A DNA stretch of 64,000 bases from Octopus sinensis (taxonomy: Eukaryota), in the NCBI RefSeq assembly GCF_006345805.1, contig NC_042997.1:84072001-84136000 (forward strand), read 5' to 3'. Below the pieces are notes generated by a model. It had not been told where the DNA came from and searched no databases. It saw nothing but the letters and a program-made list of their open reading frames with translations. Of the stretch, positions 25,343 to 39,769 are shown one piece after another. Each line of letters starts with the position of its first letter. The first letter of the stretch is position 1. The position numbers were made by a program, and so were the translations under genes.

Positions 25343-26491
25343 CTGATAAGTGTATTCATATTAGACACAGAAACATCAACAGAAAACAATAGGTGCAAAT
25401 AGAATAAATGTTTGCTTCTAACATGCAAAACAATAAAGATAACATAAGGTCATATATACAGGCATAACAGATTGAAGTACTTATATTTAGTGTTCTTTCT
25501 CTACTATCCTGAGTTCAAATAGGCTTTTCATTCTTGTAGTTGGTAAGATGAATGACAAAATAAGTACCAGCTATATACTGAGGTTTGATTTTACAAAAAT
25601 CAGCTACTTAAACATTTAACATTTAAACTGACCATATCTAGCCAAAATAATTTATCTGTTCTATTTTCAAACTGGCCAGATATGGCCTCTTGTACTTGCC
25701 CTACAATATTATTCTGAAAATTAACAATCATGTATTGACATCTCAAAGATACAAGGTAATGAATGACTAATTCAAATCAATCAACATCATCATCATTTAA
25801 TGTCCATTTTCCAAACTGGCATGGGTTGGACAGTTTAACAGGATATGGCCAGCTGAGGAGCTATCCAGGCTTCATGTCTGTTTTGCGATGGTTTCTGTGG
25901 CTGCATGCCTTTCCCAATGCTAACCACTTTACAGAGTGTACTGGGGTGATTTTTACACAGCACTGGCACAGGTGTGTTTACATGGCACTGTTACGGGTGC
26001 TTTTTTACATGACACCAGCCCCATAAGCCTGCAAGATTAGGAATGCTCAGCTGGAGAAGGATTCAGGGGACATGCCTATATGCAAGAACAACCACAATTT
26101 TACTTAGCTTGATGTGTCTTCTCATATTTTATGTAACTTGACTTGTCTTCTCAATGTGCATAAATAGGCATGACATTTGACAGAAAGATCTGAATGCTAT
26201 AGGGTTAATGACAATATGAAACATTTTTATAGTTAGTGCAATCAATGAAGGATTATAGAGGTAGAAAATTGGCTAAGTCACCCAATGCATTGGATAAAAG
26301 CACCTAAGAGTATTGGGTCTGGTACTTTACATTCTGAGTTCAACTTGAGATCAACTTTGCATTCTTTCAGGGTGGATTAAAAAAATACCACTTCAGGGTG
26401 GTAGATTGGTGGAACTGCTTGAGTATATCTGTTCCATTTCTTTGCATTCCAAATCAAATTCCACTGCCTGTCACTAGCTTTCTCAAGCCAG

Positions 26492-26524
<33 letters not shown>

Positions 26525-26672
26525 CCATTCCACTCATATTACACTTATATGTGTATATGTGAATGTCAGTGTGTGTGTCTGTGGAAGTGTGTTTATAGTG
26601 TAAATGTGGTTGCATATGTATGTTGTATATATAGCTAGCTAGCTAAACACACTCACACACACATACATGTAC

Positions 26673-26758
<86 letters not shown>

Positions 26759-27149
26759 CATATATATGAATGCGAATGTGTATGCATAGGTGCATTTAGT
26801 GGCCACAGGCTTCCAATATCGCATAGAGTGACTCAAGGACTGGAGTAAGTAGTCAATCACATCTATGTGCATGACTGAAAAGTGTGGACTTTAATATAAA
26901 GTGGAAGAAATGCGAAGGTAAAACAGAATTAATTGATGAGCCAGAAATAATGACCAGTCAGACTTTAATGTCACTGTGTGTTTTGCCTCATCTCTTCACT
27001 ATTCCCAAATTTTGATATTTCAAAATAGCTTTTCTTCCTTCTGAGCAAGATGACTGAGTAGTTGATAAAGCAAGTGATAAAAACAAGCACTAGCTCTGCA
27101 TTGAGGTTTCAATTCAATTGATTGTATCTCTCTACCTTAAACAATTGGT

Positions 27150-27650
27150 GATTTATGATGGCGTAAAGCACAATTGTTTGGTCTAGCAGTACTACTGTGC
27201 TGGTTCAATAAGCTCTACAGAGCAGAAGTACCATCAGCTGAGCCTGTCTGAAATGTGTGCAGGGCAATAAATCTCTTCTTCATGGACTCACCAACTGACT
27301 TGGGGAGTTACATTGGACAGCTGGTACTGTATGCAGGAGGAATCTAGTTATCAGCTGAGTTCTTCTTGAAGATCATCCTGCTTTCTTTCTTTGCCTGGGA
27401 AGAGCAAGAATTTTGTAATTTCTGTCTGGTAGCCTTGATGAAAGAGGTTGTGTGGTTGGACAAGATTGAAAGTCCTTATCAACTTTCTCAAGTTAGTTGG
27501 AAAAAAAGAATGAGAGTGGAGAGGAAACAGTTGCATCCCAGAAAATTGGATGAAAGGTGGGGAAGAATAGAGAGTATGGTCCAAGGAAATGGGCAGCTCA
27601 GAGCATGCACCTATAGTTTTGAAGAGACAGCTAGGGTGAAGCTGTTATTA
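27150..27650 (+). mobile_element. L1/Tx1-like LINE 3' remnant
   Basis: CLKCVQGNKSLLHGL resembles the zf-RVT CxxC...H motif, followed by CLVALMKEVVW...KRMRVER...ERW. Confidence 0.55.
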
Positions 27651-28689
27651 TTATTAAGGCAGTGAGCTGGCAGAATCTTTAGCACACCAGAAAAATGCTT
27701 AGTGGCATTTCACCCTTCTTTACATTCCGAGTTCATATCCCACCAAGACTGATTTTGTCTTTCATCCTTTCGAAGTTGATGAAAAAAGTGCCATTCGAGC
27801 ACTGGGATCAATGTAATTGATTATACTCCTCCCACAAAATTTCAGGCCTTGTTCCTATAGTAGAAAGGATTATTATTAAGGTGATGATATCTTGCAGGCA
27901 CTTTGTGACTTTACCAGTGCTGATGCCACATAAAAAGCACCCAGTACATTCTGTTAAGAGGTTGGTGTTAGGATGGGCATCCAACTGTAGAAACCATGTC
28001 AAAATAGACATAGAACCTGATGAAGCACTTTAGCTGGTTTGTTCTTTGCAAACTGTCCAAACACATGCCAGCATGGAAAAATGGACGTTAAATGATGATG
28101 AAGATGATAATGATGAAGATGATAATGATGAAGATGAGGATGATGAAGATGAGGATGATGAGATGGCAGAATTGTTAGCATGATAGACAAAATTCTTTAC
28201 AGCATTTCTTCCGGCTTTAGCTTCTGAGTTCAAATTCTGCTGAGGATAACTTTATCTTCTATCATTTCAGGGTTGATAAAATAAGTGCCAGTTGATCACT
28301 GGGATCAAAGTAATCAACTAGCTCTCTTCCCTAAAATTTCAGACCTTGTGCCTATAATAGGATTATTATTATTAATACACACACATACACACATGGATGT
28401 GTGTGTGTGTGTGTGAGACAGGATTCTACACACTTCCTGTCAGCCAAATTCATCCACAAGGCATTGATCGGCCCGGGGCAATAGTAGAAGACACGCATGT
28501 CTCAGGTGCAACACAGTGGGGTTGAACCCAAAACTACATAGTTGCAAAGTGAACTTCTTAACCAGAGAGTCATACCTGTGTCTATGGGCAAACAAATTTT
28601 TATTTTTTTAAATTTTTGTTTGTCAACAGTCTCTCAGAATTGTTGTAGAAAAAAACTGAAACTAATCAAGAAATTTCGTTAATAATAAC

Positions 28690-31090
28690 ATGACTCGAGA
28701 AATAACCTTGAGGAGAGAGGGGGAGGGGGAAGAGAAAGAGGGAATAGAGAGGAAAAGGAAAGAGAGAGAATGCAATTTCATAGGAAGTGTGTATGAAAGG
28801 AATAAGAAGGAAATGTGAGAGAAAGAAAAAGAAAGAGAATGCTTCAATGTTTCCTATGAAGAAGAGGAGAGTGAGTGAGACAAAGAAAAATCTAGAAAAG
28901 GTTGTAAGGGAAAAAAAAGAGAAGTGTTGTGGGGAGGTGCAAGGTGAAGGATGAAAAACGTTTTAAAAGCACTAGTTTCAAAGAAATAGTGGAAGTGAAT
29001 GAGAATTTGGAGTGGACAAGAGAGAGAGAGAGAGATATAGGGGTGTGTAAAGGATGATAGAATTGGAGAATAAGGTAAAATAGAAAAAAATCCTAAACCA
29101 AAGGAAAAGCAGAGTCAGAAGAAGAATGCAATGAAGAAATTGGAAGAAACAAGTTTCTAGGAAAGAAGTAAGACAAGATTGAATAAGAAATTAAATGAGT
29201 AAGCGATGGTGGGAAAGAAAGGCTGATAGATGCTCTAGCTGAAGGGAAGAAGAGAGGAGGAGGGGGAGGAGAAAAGAATGTTAGAAATTGTTATCTGAAA
29301 AAACAACAAGATAATTGAAAGAGAGAGAAAGGAAAAGAGATGGGAGAAGAGGAGGACAATAAGATGAAGCAATAACAGAAGCTGTAGCTGGAAGAAAGAG
29401 AGAGTAAGTAAGGGAGAGAGAGAGAGAGAGAGTGTGTGTGTGTGTGTGAGAAAAGAGAAATAAAGGAATGTTTTGGAAAGAAATGGCAAATACACTGCAT
29501 GCGTTAGAAGAAAGATTCAGGGATGCTGAGTTAAAGAGCAAACTTCTATGCCATAATTATTTTCTTGCATTTTGAGATAGCAATAGAGGCAACAGCAATT
29601 CTTCATTGATTCTTCAGAATTTACTAAACAAATAGGAAGAGTGAGAAAGACAGAGAAAGAGAGACAAACAAAGAAAGTGAAAGAGATAGACAAATAAACA
29701 AGATTATTGTTTTTCAGCCCCTAAATCAGCCATGATCAAGCAAACCTATAATCAAAGACATTCCAGCTGTGACCATCTTGTCTGATATTCAGACATCAAA
29801 GGTGTTCTCTCTTTTTAATATGACAAAATGAATCTGAGGGGGACTCGACTGTTATTCCTAGTAGGCTGAATGCCCACATACAAATTTCCTTATTGGCACA
29901 TTGTTGTTGTTATTCTCGTTTAGGCCCAAGTATGTGCTAATGAAGCAGACTAATGGCAAAAAAATATTGTATATTTGACCTTCCCATCTTACAATGTATC
30001 TCTGGCTAGATTGCCCAACATATCAATCACTTTTATAAGCTGGTAGAGTATCATTGAAAGAAATTTAGCTGTTAATTCTGGTAGGTCAAGTGACCATATA
30101 GAGGCTTCTTTATTAGCTTGTCAGTCAGAGAAGAAGAAAGGACAAGTAGATGGTGCTGAGAAGTAGATGGACCAGAGAAGAAATAGATGGACTAGAGGAG
30201 CAGGAAAGGCTAGAAAGAAAAGGAAGTGAAGGGGCAAGAGGGGAAGATGAAGAAAACAAAATGTAATATTCCCCAATGAAGGCGACACATTGCATGTGTA
30301 ACAAGAAAGTTTAGGGTAATGGAGTCAAAAGTGCAAACTTCCATATAATAATTACTGTCTTGGATTTTATGATGCCAACGATAGCGGTAGAGAGAACCAG
30401 TAGTAATGGTTGTGATGGCATTGGTGCTTCATTCTTCAGTTTTACAACAACAACTGTCAATCAATCAATTAATCACTCATCAGTCGAAATGGATCAATAA
30501 CCAGCCACCCATTACCACCACCACTACCACTACCTCTGTAATGAGACATTACTTTTGGTATTTTTATGATTGACTCTTCCAATACCCTTCCTACAAGAGT
30601 AGGAGAGGAAGCATAAGGAAGAGTAAGGGGAAGGGAAGAAGGCAGTCAGTGCCAAGGAATGGTGGGGAAATATGAAGAGTTAAAGTGTAGGGAGTGTGGG
30701 ACAGAGGAGAAAGAGAAGAGAGAGTAAGGATGGATAGTGAAGTGGAAGAGAGTAAAGGAGAGAAGGAAGGAGATAATTGATGGTAAGTAGGAAGGAGAGG
30801 GGAAAGAAGAGGATGAGAGAGAAATGAAGGTGGTGAGATAAAGATGGGAGAATGGTTAAAGAGAAATAGAAGGAAAAAAGAGAAAAGAAAAGAAAGAGAC
30901 AAAGAAAGAAGCAAAGAAAAGGAAGGGAGAATGAAAGAAAGAAAGAATAAAAGAGATGAACAAAAGCGAAGAATGAAAAGAAAAAGACAGAGAAGATATG
31001 GAAGAAAGAAGAAAAAAAAACTGAATAAAGCAAAGTGTGAAAAAAGAATGAAAGAAAAATAAAATAAAGATGAAATAATGCAAGCAAAGG
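28690..31090. repeat. Long purine-skewed (GA-rich) low-complexity region
   Basis: Blocks at about 28690-29480, 30130-30250 and 30590-31090 are overwhelmingly A/G on the plus strand; the ORFs here are K/R/E-rich or F/L/S-rich artefacts. Confidence 0.85.
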
Positions 31091-33224
31091 GACAATGACA
31101 ATCAAAATCAGCAGAGTCCTGGAAAAATGTCTTGTAGTATCTAGTTCCATTTTTTTAATGACCTGAATGCAAATCTTATTAGGGTCACCTTTGCCTTTCA
31201 TTCTTGTGGTGTAAATAAACTAAATACTGGTCAAGTTGTTGGGTTGATTTAATTAACTACACCCCCATGTCTGTTAAAAATCAATATTATTACAATTATG
31301 AACAGTGTCACATCACTGAAGACTGAGTCACTGGATTAAATTTGTGCCAGATTCCTGATGAAACTGATGTCTCTAATGTTCTCTTTCCTTTCTGATCCTT
31401 TGCCATGTGAGTCAATGGGACTCTCTCCAACCCACAGTTTATGAACACTGATTTATTTGGTTGTATCTCTCACACTTCCCCTTTGTATACATTAATAATA
31501 ATTTCACTGCTTCTTCTAAGCTACACATTACAGCAGGGGTTTCCAAACTGAAATACACAAATGAAATTACAGGGGTGTACGAGGTTAGTAAAAATACTGA
31601 GATTTTGAAGTAATCACAACCAACCGAAAACAACTCAACTGTCTAAGAAAAGCTGTGGAAATCCTTATGCTATTCTCACCTACCTGTCACTGTAAACAAA
31701 GTTTTCAACAATGCTTATAATCAAAACAGATATGACTCTGAAACTGTGTCTAGAATGGAGTGACTTATTAGAAAGAGTGAAGCTTATTCATCGCATTAAA
31801 AATGTAATATTAAATTGAATGATTTTAATCTCTAACATAAGCACAAAGCCAGAAATTTTGGTGAGAGGAAATAGCTAATTATATCAAGCCAAGTGCTTGA
31901 CTGCTACGTTATTTCATTGGACCCAGAAGGATAAAAGGTAAAACTGATCACGAGAAAATTTGAATTCTTTAAATTAAATTGAATTAACAACAAATATGTG
32001 TCTAGTGTCTGGTCTGTTCTGTAATACCCAGCCATTTTTGTTTTACACTATATTCTTCACACAGGGTACACCAACAGCGCCAGGCACAATGAAAGAGTAT
32101 CCAGGAAGAAAATGCTTGAGGACCTATTTTACAGATACAACACAAAACCTTCCATTTCTGTTTAAACCTTCTGTACACAGGCATCATCCACATACGTATA
32201 ACCTGAACACCTCACACCAGATTTTCACAGCTTTCATGAACTGGGACCATAAACATCTAACAATGAAGACAATACAGCAACTAGCATCAAAGCATACTCA
32301 TCATACATATCAAGGAAACCATCTTGTAGAACTACACTTTCTCTTGCTGTGAACAATACACAGGTAATACTCTTGAATACACTACAAAGCTAAGCTAAAC
32401 ATAGTATAAGCATGCAGTGTAAATATTCAAATGCCATCACTATCTTTCCAAATCTTGATGTATTTCAAATGGTGCAGCCTGCCTGATGATGAGCCTCATC
32501 TTGAGCAGTCTGCTTCCTGCAAAAGATTGCCTATGTCTGAAATTATACTATAAACACTTTTACAACTCCTTCTTCAGAACTGTAGCTTTTTATTGTTTTC
32601 ATTTCTTTGTTTTTTTTTTTACAATTGAAAATTTGCTAAGATTGAAGTTCATCAGTCTGATCTTGAACTTTTGCAATCATTCTCAATCTAAGCTTGCGTA
32701 ATTGCTAATTGCAAGTTCAAGGTCAAACTGAGAGATCCTGCAAAAAGTTATTGGTACCACCACTGCCTCAGATATCTCACTTCCACCCAACCATCAGCTA
32801 TAAAGAAATAAGCACATACCAGCTTTTGCTGTTTATCTCAAGTTAATCCAGATCAAACAGATCTATTATGTTTATCAAATACTACCTTGTCCCATGTGTC
32901 TACTTTTTTTTTAAGACAATAGGGTGTAATCTGAGGGAGATTAGACAAGTATGTCTAGCAGGTTATGCTACTGCTAAAAGGCTATTTATTGGGCAGTGCA
33001 CATCACATACTACTATTGTGGAGGTGCATGGCTCAGTGGTTAGGGTATTGGACTCATGATTGTAAGACTGTGGTTTTGATTCCTGGATTGGGCAACATGT
33101 GTTCTTGAGCAAAATATTTCATTTCACATTGCTCCAGTCCATTCAACTGGCAAAAATGAGTAATCCTGTAATGGACTGACATCCTGTCCAGGTGGGGAAT
33201 TTATACGCCATGGAAACCAACCCT

Positions 33225-33780
33225 TAGACCTCTGGAGATATGCTGTGATTGTGAAGACCCGACAAATAACAGGAGTTCATGGCTCTTTCATGCACCAGCT
33301 TCACATAGAAGCTCCAGCCCATCCAAAGTACCTTGGTTTGCAGGACGGACTGCTGTGCTTACCTTGGATTGTAGGGCGACCTGTTGTGCTTGAGGAGACC
33401 TATTGAGTCAAGTACATCAACATCAAAATATCAAATGGAAATTGTAGTTAAGACACCTGTGCCGATGGCATGTAAAAAGCACCATCCGAACGTGGCCAAT
33501 GCCAGCATCGCCTTGACTGGCTTCCGTGCCGGTGGCACATACAAAGCACCAACTGATAGTGGCCGTTGCCAGTCTCACCTGGCACCTGTGCCAGTGGCAC
33601 GTAAAAAGTACCCACTACACTCACAGAGTGGTTGGCATTAGGAAGGGCATCAAGCTGTAGAAACACTGCCAGATCAGACTGGAGCTTGGTGCAACCTCCT
33701 GGCTTCCCAGACCCCGGTCAAAACGTCCAACCCATGCTAGCATGGAAAACGGACGTTAAACGACAATGATGATGATGATA
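33225..33780 (+). mobile_element. RTE LINE 3'-end fragment with about 2.5 units of the 3'-UTR repeat
   Basis: gacctctggagatatgctgtg...gaagacccgacaa (ORF end), repeat units ggcacctgtgcc...gtaaaaagcaccatccgaacgtgg, then cccatgctagcatggaaaacggacgttaaacg and (ATG)n. Confidence 0.85.
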
Positions 33781-35284
33781 CTACTATTTCTTAGTTCTTC
33801 TTACTATCTAGTGTTCTTCCAATCATCATACCGGCATTCATCATGCCTTAAAGAAAGGATATTGAAGCTAATTCCATAGTGTTCACTGACCTCCTTCACT
33901 ACTTAATATTCAGTACACTATCATAAAACAATAACACCTGCCTTTGCTTCAATGACAGGTAATAATGAAAAAGATTGTTAATCTCATCTCTTCATTATTA
34001 TCTTGGAATACTAATGTGTCCCTTCTCTCCACCATTCTAACTAGCTGTTAGTAGATATGAATAATGAATAATAGTGGATGCGTTGTGTTTAGTATACTAG
34101 TCATGGCTGAATGGATAAAAGGTTTGCCTTTTCTTATGTTTTGATGTTTCGTGATCATCCCACTGTGAAATACTCTCTACCATAACGTCAGATTGATCTA
34201 ACCCATATAAGTGTAATTAAATATGTGGAGGACAGTCATAATGTATGTACTGCTAAATCAAAGGGATAAATCTTGTTATACAGTATAAAATATATAGTTC
34301 TACTGCATGGCACCTTGGGCAAGTATTTTCTACCATATAGCCTTGAGCCAACCAAAACCTCATGAGTGGATTTGGTAGATAGAAACTGAAAGAAACCCAT
34401 TGTATATATCTATGTGTGTGTCTTTACGTCTGTCTTTGTCCCCCCCATCACTGCTTGACAACTGGTGTTGGCATATTTATGCCCCTGTAACATAGAGGTT
34501 CAGCAAAAGAGACTGAGAGAATAAGTACTAAGGCTTAACAAAAAATTTAAATAAATCCTGGGGTCAATTTGTTTGATTAAAACCCTTGAAGATGGTGCTC
34601 CAGCATGGTCACAGTCAAATGACTGAAATGAATAAAAGAATAACCAGAGCAGGAACAGGTTTGAAAAAGTGCAAGGAGTTATCTCCTCTGCTGGCAAAAG
34701 GAGATTAACTTTATGAGTAAAGGATAAATTGTATGTTGTGCAATGTTTAATAGAAAGCAAAATATAAGAATGAGCATAAGTAGAGGATATGCAAAGATTG
34801 GCTAGACATGAAATGAGCAACCCCGAGTACTAGAAATCAGAGCCTTTCATTATAATGTGTTAAAGAATACACTACATTTGTATTGTGTCTATCACTTCTG
34901 ATTCTTTTACTTGTTTCAGTCATTTGACTGCGGCCATGCTGGAGCGCTGCCTCAAATGGTTATAGTTGAGGAAATAGAGCCCAGGACTTATTCCTTGTAA
35001 GCCTAGTACTTATTCTATTGGTCTCTTTTGCTGAAATGCTAAATTATGGGGACATAAACACACCAGCATCAGTTGTCAAGCGATGGTGGAAAGACAAACA
35101 TAGACACACACAAACACAAATATACATATAAACATATATACAAATATGCAACGGGCTTCTTTCAGTTTCCGTCTACCAAATCCACTCACAAAGCTTTGGT
35201 TGGCCCAAGGCTATAGTATAAGATTCTTTCCCAAGGTGCCATGCAGTGGGACTGAACTTTGGATCATGTGGTTGGTTGCATCTG

Positions 35285-35338
<54 letters not shown>

Positions 35339-37809
35339 GCAGAATCACCATCCCACTACATCTACACATTCAAAGCAGTTTGCCAATGGTTCTTCAACAA
35401 CGCACCTTGAAAAACTCAGTGGCTACTACTAAATTCAGGCCATGGCAGACAGAGAGAATGTTCTTGAAGCTGAGAATTTGAACTTATGGAGACAATATTT
35501 ACATATTACCTGAGGAAATACAACTAGGTCTCAATGCAGGGAAATGGTTGCATAATCAAGTCCCTGCATGCCTGGAGAACTATGTTGTATAGAAACAATT
35601 GTAGTGATTGAAAATAAATGTCCAACTGCACTTCTTGTTGACGCCAAATTTTTTCAATCAACTATTCACACACAACTGATGCCCAAATGCAAACCTGGCA
35701 GTATGTATAATACTACTACTGGATAGCACAGGGTGAAATCTGAAGGTGGACGAGGTTTATACTGTACTCTACTATGTTCTTAACAGAATATACCATAACT
35801 ATATATATACTGTGCACTTGAAAAATCCTTCTGAAACATGATTCCATACTGGTATCCAGGAATTTATACACAGCAATCTTCGGGTGACTGACAGAAATGT
35901 CATTTGTTTTATCAACTACAACTTTGACCGAGTTTGCTAAAGATTATCATGTCCAAGTTTCTGGATACAGGCATGGAAAAATTGGTATGGAAATATATAC
36001 AGGCACTAAATATGTATAAAAATATGAAAACGCATCAGTTGTAGTTTATTGTATCAATGCCTGGAAAATGGAGGAGAAACCAAGTCAAACTTCTATTTAC
36101 AAGCAAGTTTGGACAGTTTGTCTCCTAACCAATCTCCTGTCTCTCCTTACACACCTACACACTTTATTATCTCTCTCTCTCTCTCTCTCTCTCCTCACAC
36201 ACCTACACACTTTATTATCGCTCTCTCTCTTTCTCTCATTCTCTTGCTTTCTCATTTTTTTCACAAGCTCTCTCACTCTCTTGCTCTTTCTTTCTCTTGC
36301 TCCTTCGCTCATTCCCTTGCTCCTTCGCTCTCTCTCGCTCTCTCTTATCTATATGTTGTCAGAATGAATAAAACCCATTATGAATTAAATGAATCATTAA
36401 ATGGTAAAAGTTCTAATAATAAGTCTATTTACAGTAGCAAATTAGCCATGCCAGAAATTGGCACGGAGGTCTGGTGTAGGAGGGGAGGAAAAAATTATGT
36501 GGGGGGAGGGTAAGCAGAATAGAGACAAGGTTTGGTAATGGTAGAAGGGGGTGGGCAGATGTTTAGCATATTGGAGATTGAGGAGAAAGAGAGTGAAAAG
36601 GAGAGAAAGAGAGAAAAAAGGGAGTGCAAGAGAGAACATGTCTGTTCTCTCATGGATAAGCAATCATTAAGGAGATGAATTTGTTATATTGGAAAACAAA
36701 ACAGCAAAAAATTACAATAAAACAAATAACAGAATACAGCTAAAGGTGGAAATAGCATTTGTCAAATAAGAAGTAGGGTCAACTCAATGGTTACACCAAA
36801 TATGGCCACCAATACCACAATTACAATGGCCAAATACCTTCACCAACACCACCATCACCATCACTGTCACCATCAATTTCACCACCACCATTGTCCCTGT
36901 TCCCATCACCATCCCCTTTTCTGTTGGTGATGAAGCAACATTGGCCAGTGGTGAGAGGCAGTCAGGTAGGGCATTAGATTTTGCAGTGAATTTTCCCTCC
37001 ACCCTATGAGGATCCCCACTTCTACCAGCCCACTGTTGCTACAACCACCATCATCACCAAGGATCTCTGGCTACTCATCATTGCTGCAAATATGTGGACA
37101 CTTATCTAAAGCTGATGGTAAGAGCCCTATCTCTCTCTCATCATAAATCCATCTCTCACTAACTTTTCCTTTCACTCCTCCAGTCCATCTCTCTCTATCA
37201 CTAACATAGTCCTTCTCCTTCTCTCTCAGCCTCTTTCTAACCCAATGTCCATCTCTCTTTCATTTCACGAGCCCATCTCTCTCGTTCCTCACACATATTC
37301 TCATAATAAATCCATCTCTCTCTTTTCTCTCATTCCCTCAATTCATCTTCTCACTCTGTTAGGCCACTCCCTCAATCCATCTCAGGCCATCTCTCTTTCT
37401 CTCACAACCAGAGTCCATCTCTCTCAGCCTCTCTCCAACCCACTGTTTATTTCTCTCTCATAGTTCATTAGATCATCTCTCTCTCTCTCCCTCTCTCTCT
37501 CTCTCTCTCCTATCTATCAATCTATCGCATTTCTGATCTAGATATACAACAGCTTGCACATCTGGTAATCATCATTAAGGTTTGATAGATAAATTTTAAA
37601 AAAAAAGGAAGAAAAATGAAAACAGGCAGCTGATAATGCTCACATCACTCCCTCCATGCATCCAATATATTGCAAAAGCATTAATAATGATAGTAGTGAT
37701 AGCAGTAGTGGTAGTGGTGGTGGTGGTGCAGCAGTTGCAACAGCAACGAGATGAATGGTGAAGGGTGAAGTTTTAGATTTATGGCTTCTTTCCACAAGAA
37801 ACAATATTA

Positions 37810-37848
<39 letters not shown>

Positions 37849-39279
37849 GAGGAGAGAGAAAGAGAGAGGCATACATGTAAAAATACTCACATACACAGAC
37901 ATACAAATATACATATGTACATAGATTATAAACAGGCTCACATACACATGTGTACATACATGCATACATTGATGCATAAAATATACATATATACACATAC
38001 ATTCACATACATGCAAACATACATATACAGGCATATATACATGCAAACATATATATACAGGCATATATACATGCAAACATATATATACAGGCACACACAC
38101 ACATACATGCATACATAGACATGCACACATGCTTATTTACGTACAAATATATACAGCCATACATATATACACATACATAGAAGCATATGTACATATACAT
38201 ACAAGCGCATACAATGAAAATGAAAACAAAAAAAAAATACTGAAAATAAAGTAAATCAAGAAATCAATTTTCCTGTTAATTTGCAGAATTAAAAATAAAA
38301 CTCATAAATACCAGTAAAAATGAGAGAGAAAGTATAAAGGACAAAGGGAAAAGGATGGAAAAACTAGAAAAACACCATGAGAAAACACTATATGAAAAAA
38401 TGTTTTCTAAAGGATCTTACCCGTCATCTTACTACTATAGAGGATACAGCCTCACTACTATTAGGCAAAACTAATGTAAATTATACTGAGCAGAGAGTTC
38501 TCTATCTGACTGAGGCAAAATTTTCTGATGAACATGAGTGTATACTTACATTTGATAGCTATAATGAGTGAGACATAGATAGATAGATATATAAGGAGAG
38601 AGTAACCAGCTGTTCATGTATGGATACTTTCTTCCTATTACACTGTTGCACAATGTTAGCTATCAAATGCATGGACACACTCTGTGCACACATAGAAGTC
38701 TATTCACTCTTCACTGTTGAAAAACAATTTCAACAACATGGTAAAATGAGCTAGTGTTCAAGCCAAGGAAGAAAGCCTTTGCAGAATTTCTTTACCTGCT
38801 GAAAATAGCAACCATATTTCCCTAAAAATCAGACCCAGCAATCTTTAAGAAGGAATGACATATTAGATAATGTAGTCTCCTACATTCCTTATGTCTGGAA
38901 AAGAGAAAAAAACAGATATGGACATAACTAGAATGGTCTCTAAGATATATTATGTACATGAGAGTGTGTGTGTGTGTGTGTGTGTGCGGATGTGTGCATG
39001 TTCCTTTGAGCCTGTTTGTCCCCCCACCCCACCCCGTGCTTGATTCATTTACATTCTCATAACTTAGTGGTTTAGCAAAAGAATAAGTATCAGATTTTAA
39101 AAAAATAAGGAGTTGTGGAGTGGGTGGGGGCAACCTGCTTGACTAAAACCAATCAAGGTAGTGCCCGAGCTTGGCCGCAGTTCAATGACTGAAACAAGTA
39201 AAAAATAAAAGATACTTGAATATTGACTTTTTATACTGGAAAAGTAGGACAAGTGGAAAGGACCATAGATTTGTAGAAG

Positions 39280-39311
<32 letters not shown>

Positions 39312-39314
39312 AAG

Positions 39315-39577
39315 AACACAAATAGGTTAAAGGTTCACCACAGCTGTCTCAGACATTTTTTTATTGATGAATAATTCAATTACATCATGAAAAACAACTA
39401 CTTTCTTCAGGTGAATTGAAAATTAAAAATTTGGTTCATGGTATTTTTCTCCAAATCAAATTTTTTATTTCTAATTCACCTGAAGAAAATGATTGTTTTT
39501 CATTATGTAATTGAATCATTCATCAATAAAAAGATATGTCTGAGACAGCTGTAGTGAACCTTTAACCCATTTGTGTT
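39315..39577. repeat. Near-perfect palindrome with about 120-bp arms and a 16-bp spacer; probable inverted Penelope-like terminal repeats
   Basis: 39315-39434 is the reverse complement of 39451-39577. Each arm carries ttcac-CTGAAGA...GAGAC-AGCT-GT-gtgaa. The Penelope attribution is inference. Confidence 0.85.
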
Positions 39578-39769
39578 TTCATTTTAAGTAAACACCATTC
39601 ATGGAACCTTCCCCATGTTGGATTAGAACTTCTATGAGATCATGAAACTGCATGTCGGTGTGCATGAGTATACACTTTCTTCTCAGCTTACGGCCGAGTT
39701 CTGTTCTGATGAACAGGTCATAACTTGGATTTATATTTTTCAACACTATTTTCTTTCAAACAGGTTTTA

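Noticed and set aside
38550-38558. Possible 9-nt minus-strand microexon (tag|CTATCAAAT|gtaagt)
   Set aside because: The acceptor context is weak and sits in a simple repeat, and such matches are expected by chance in long introns.
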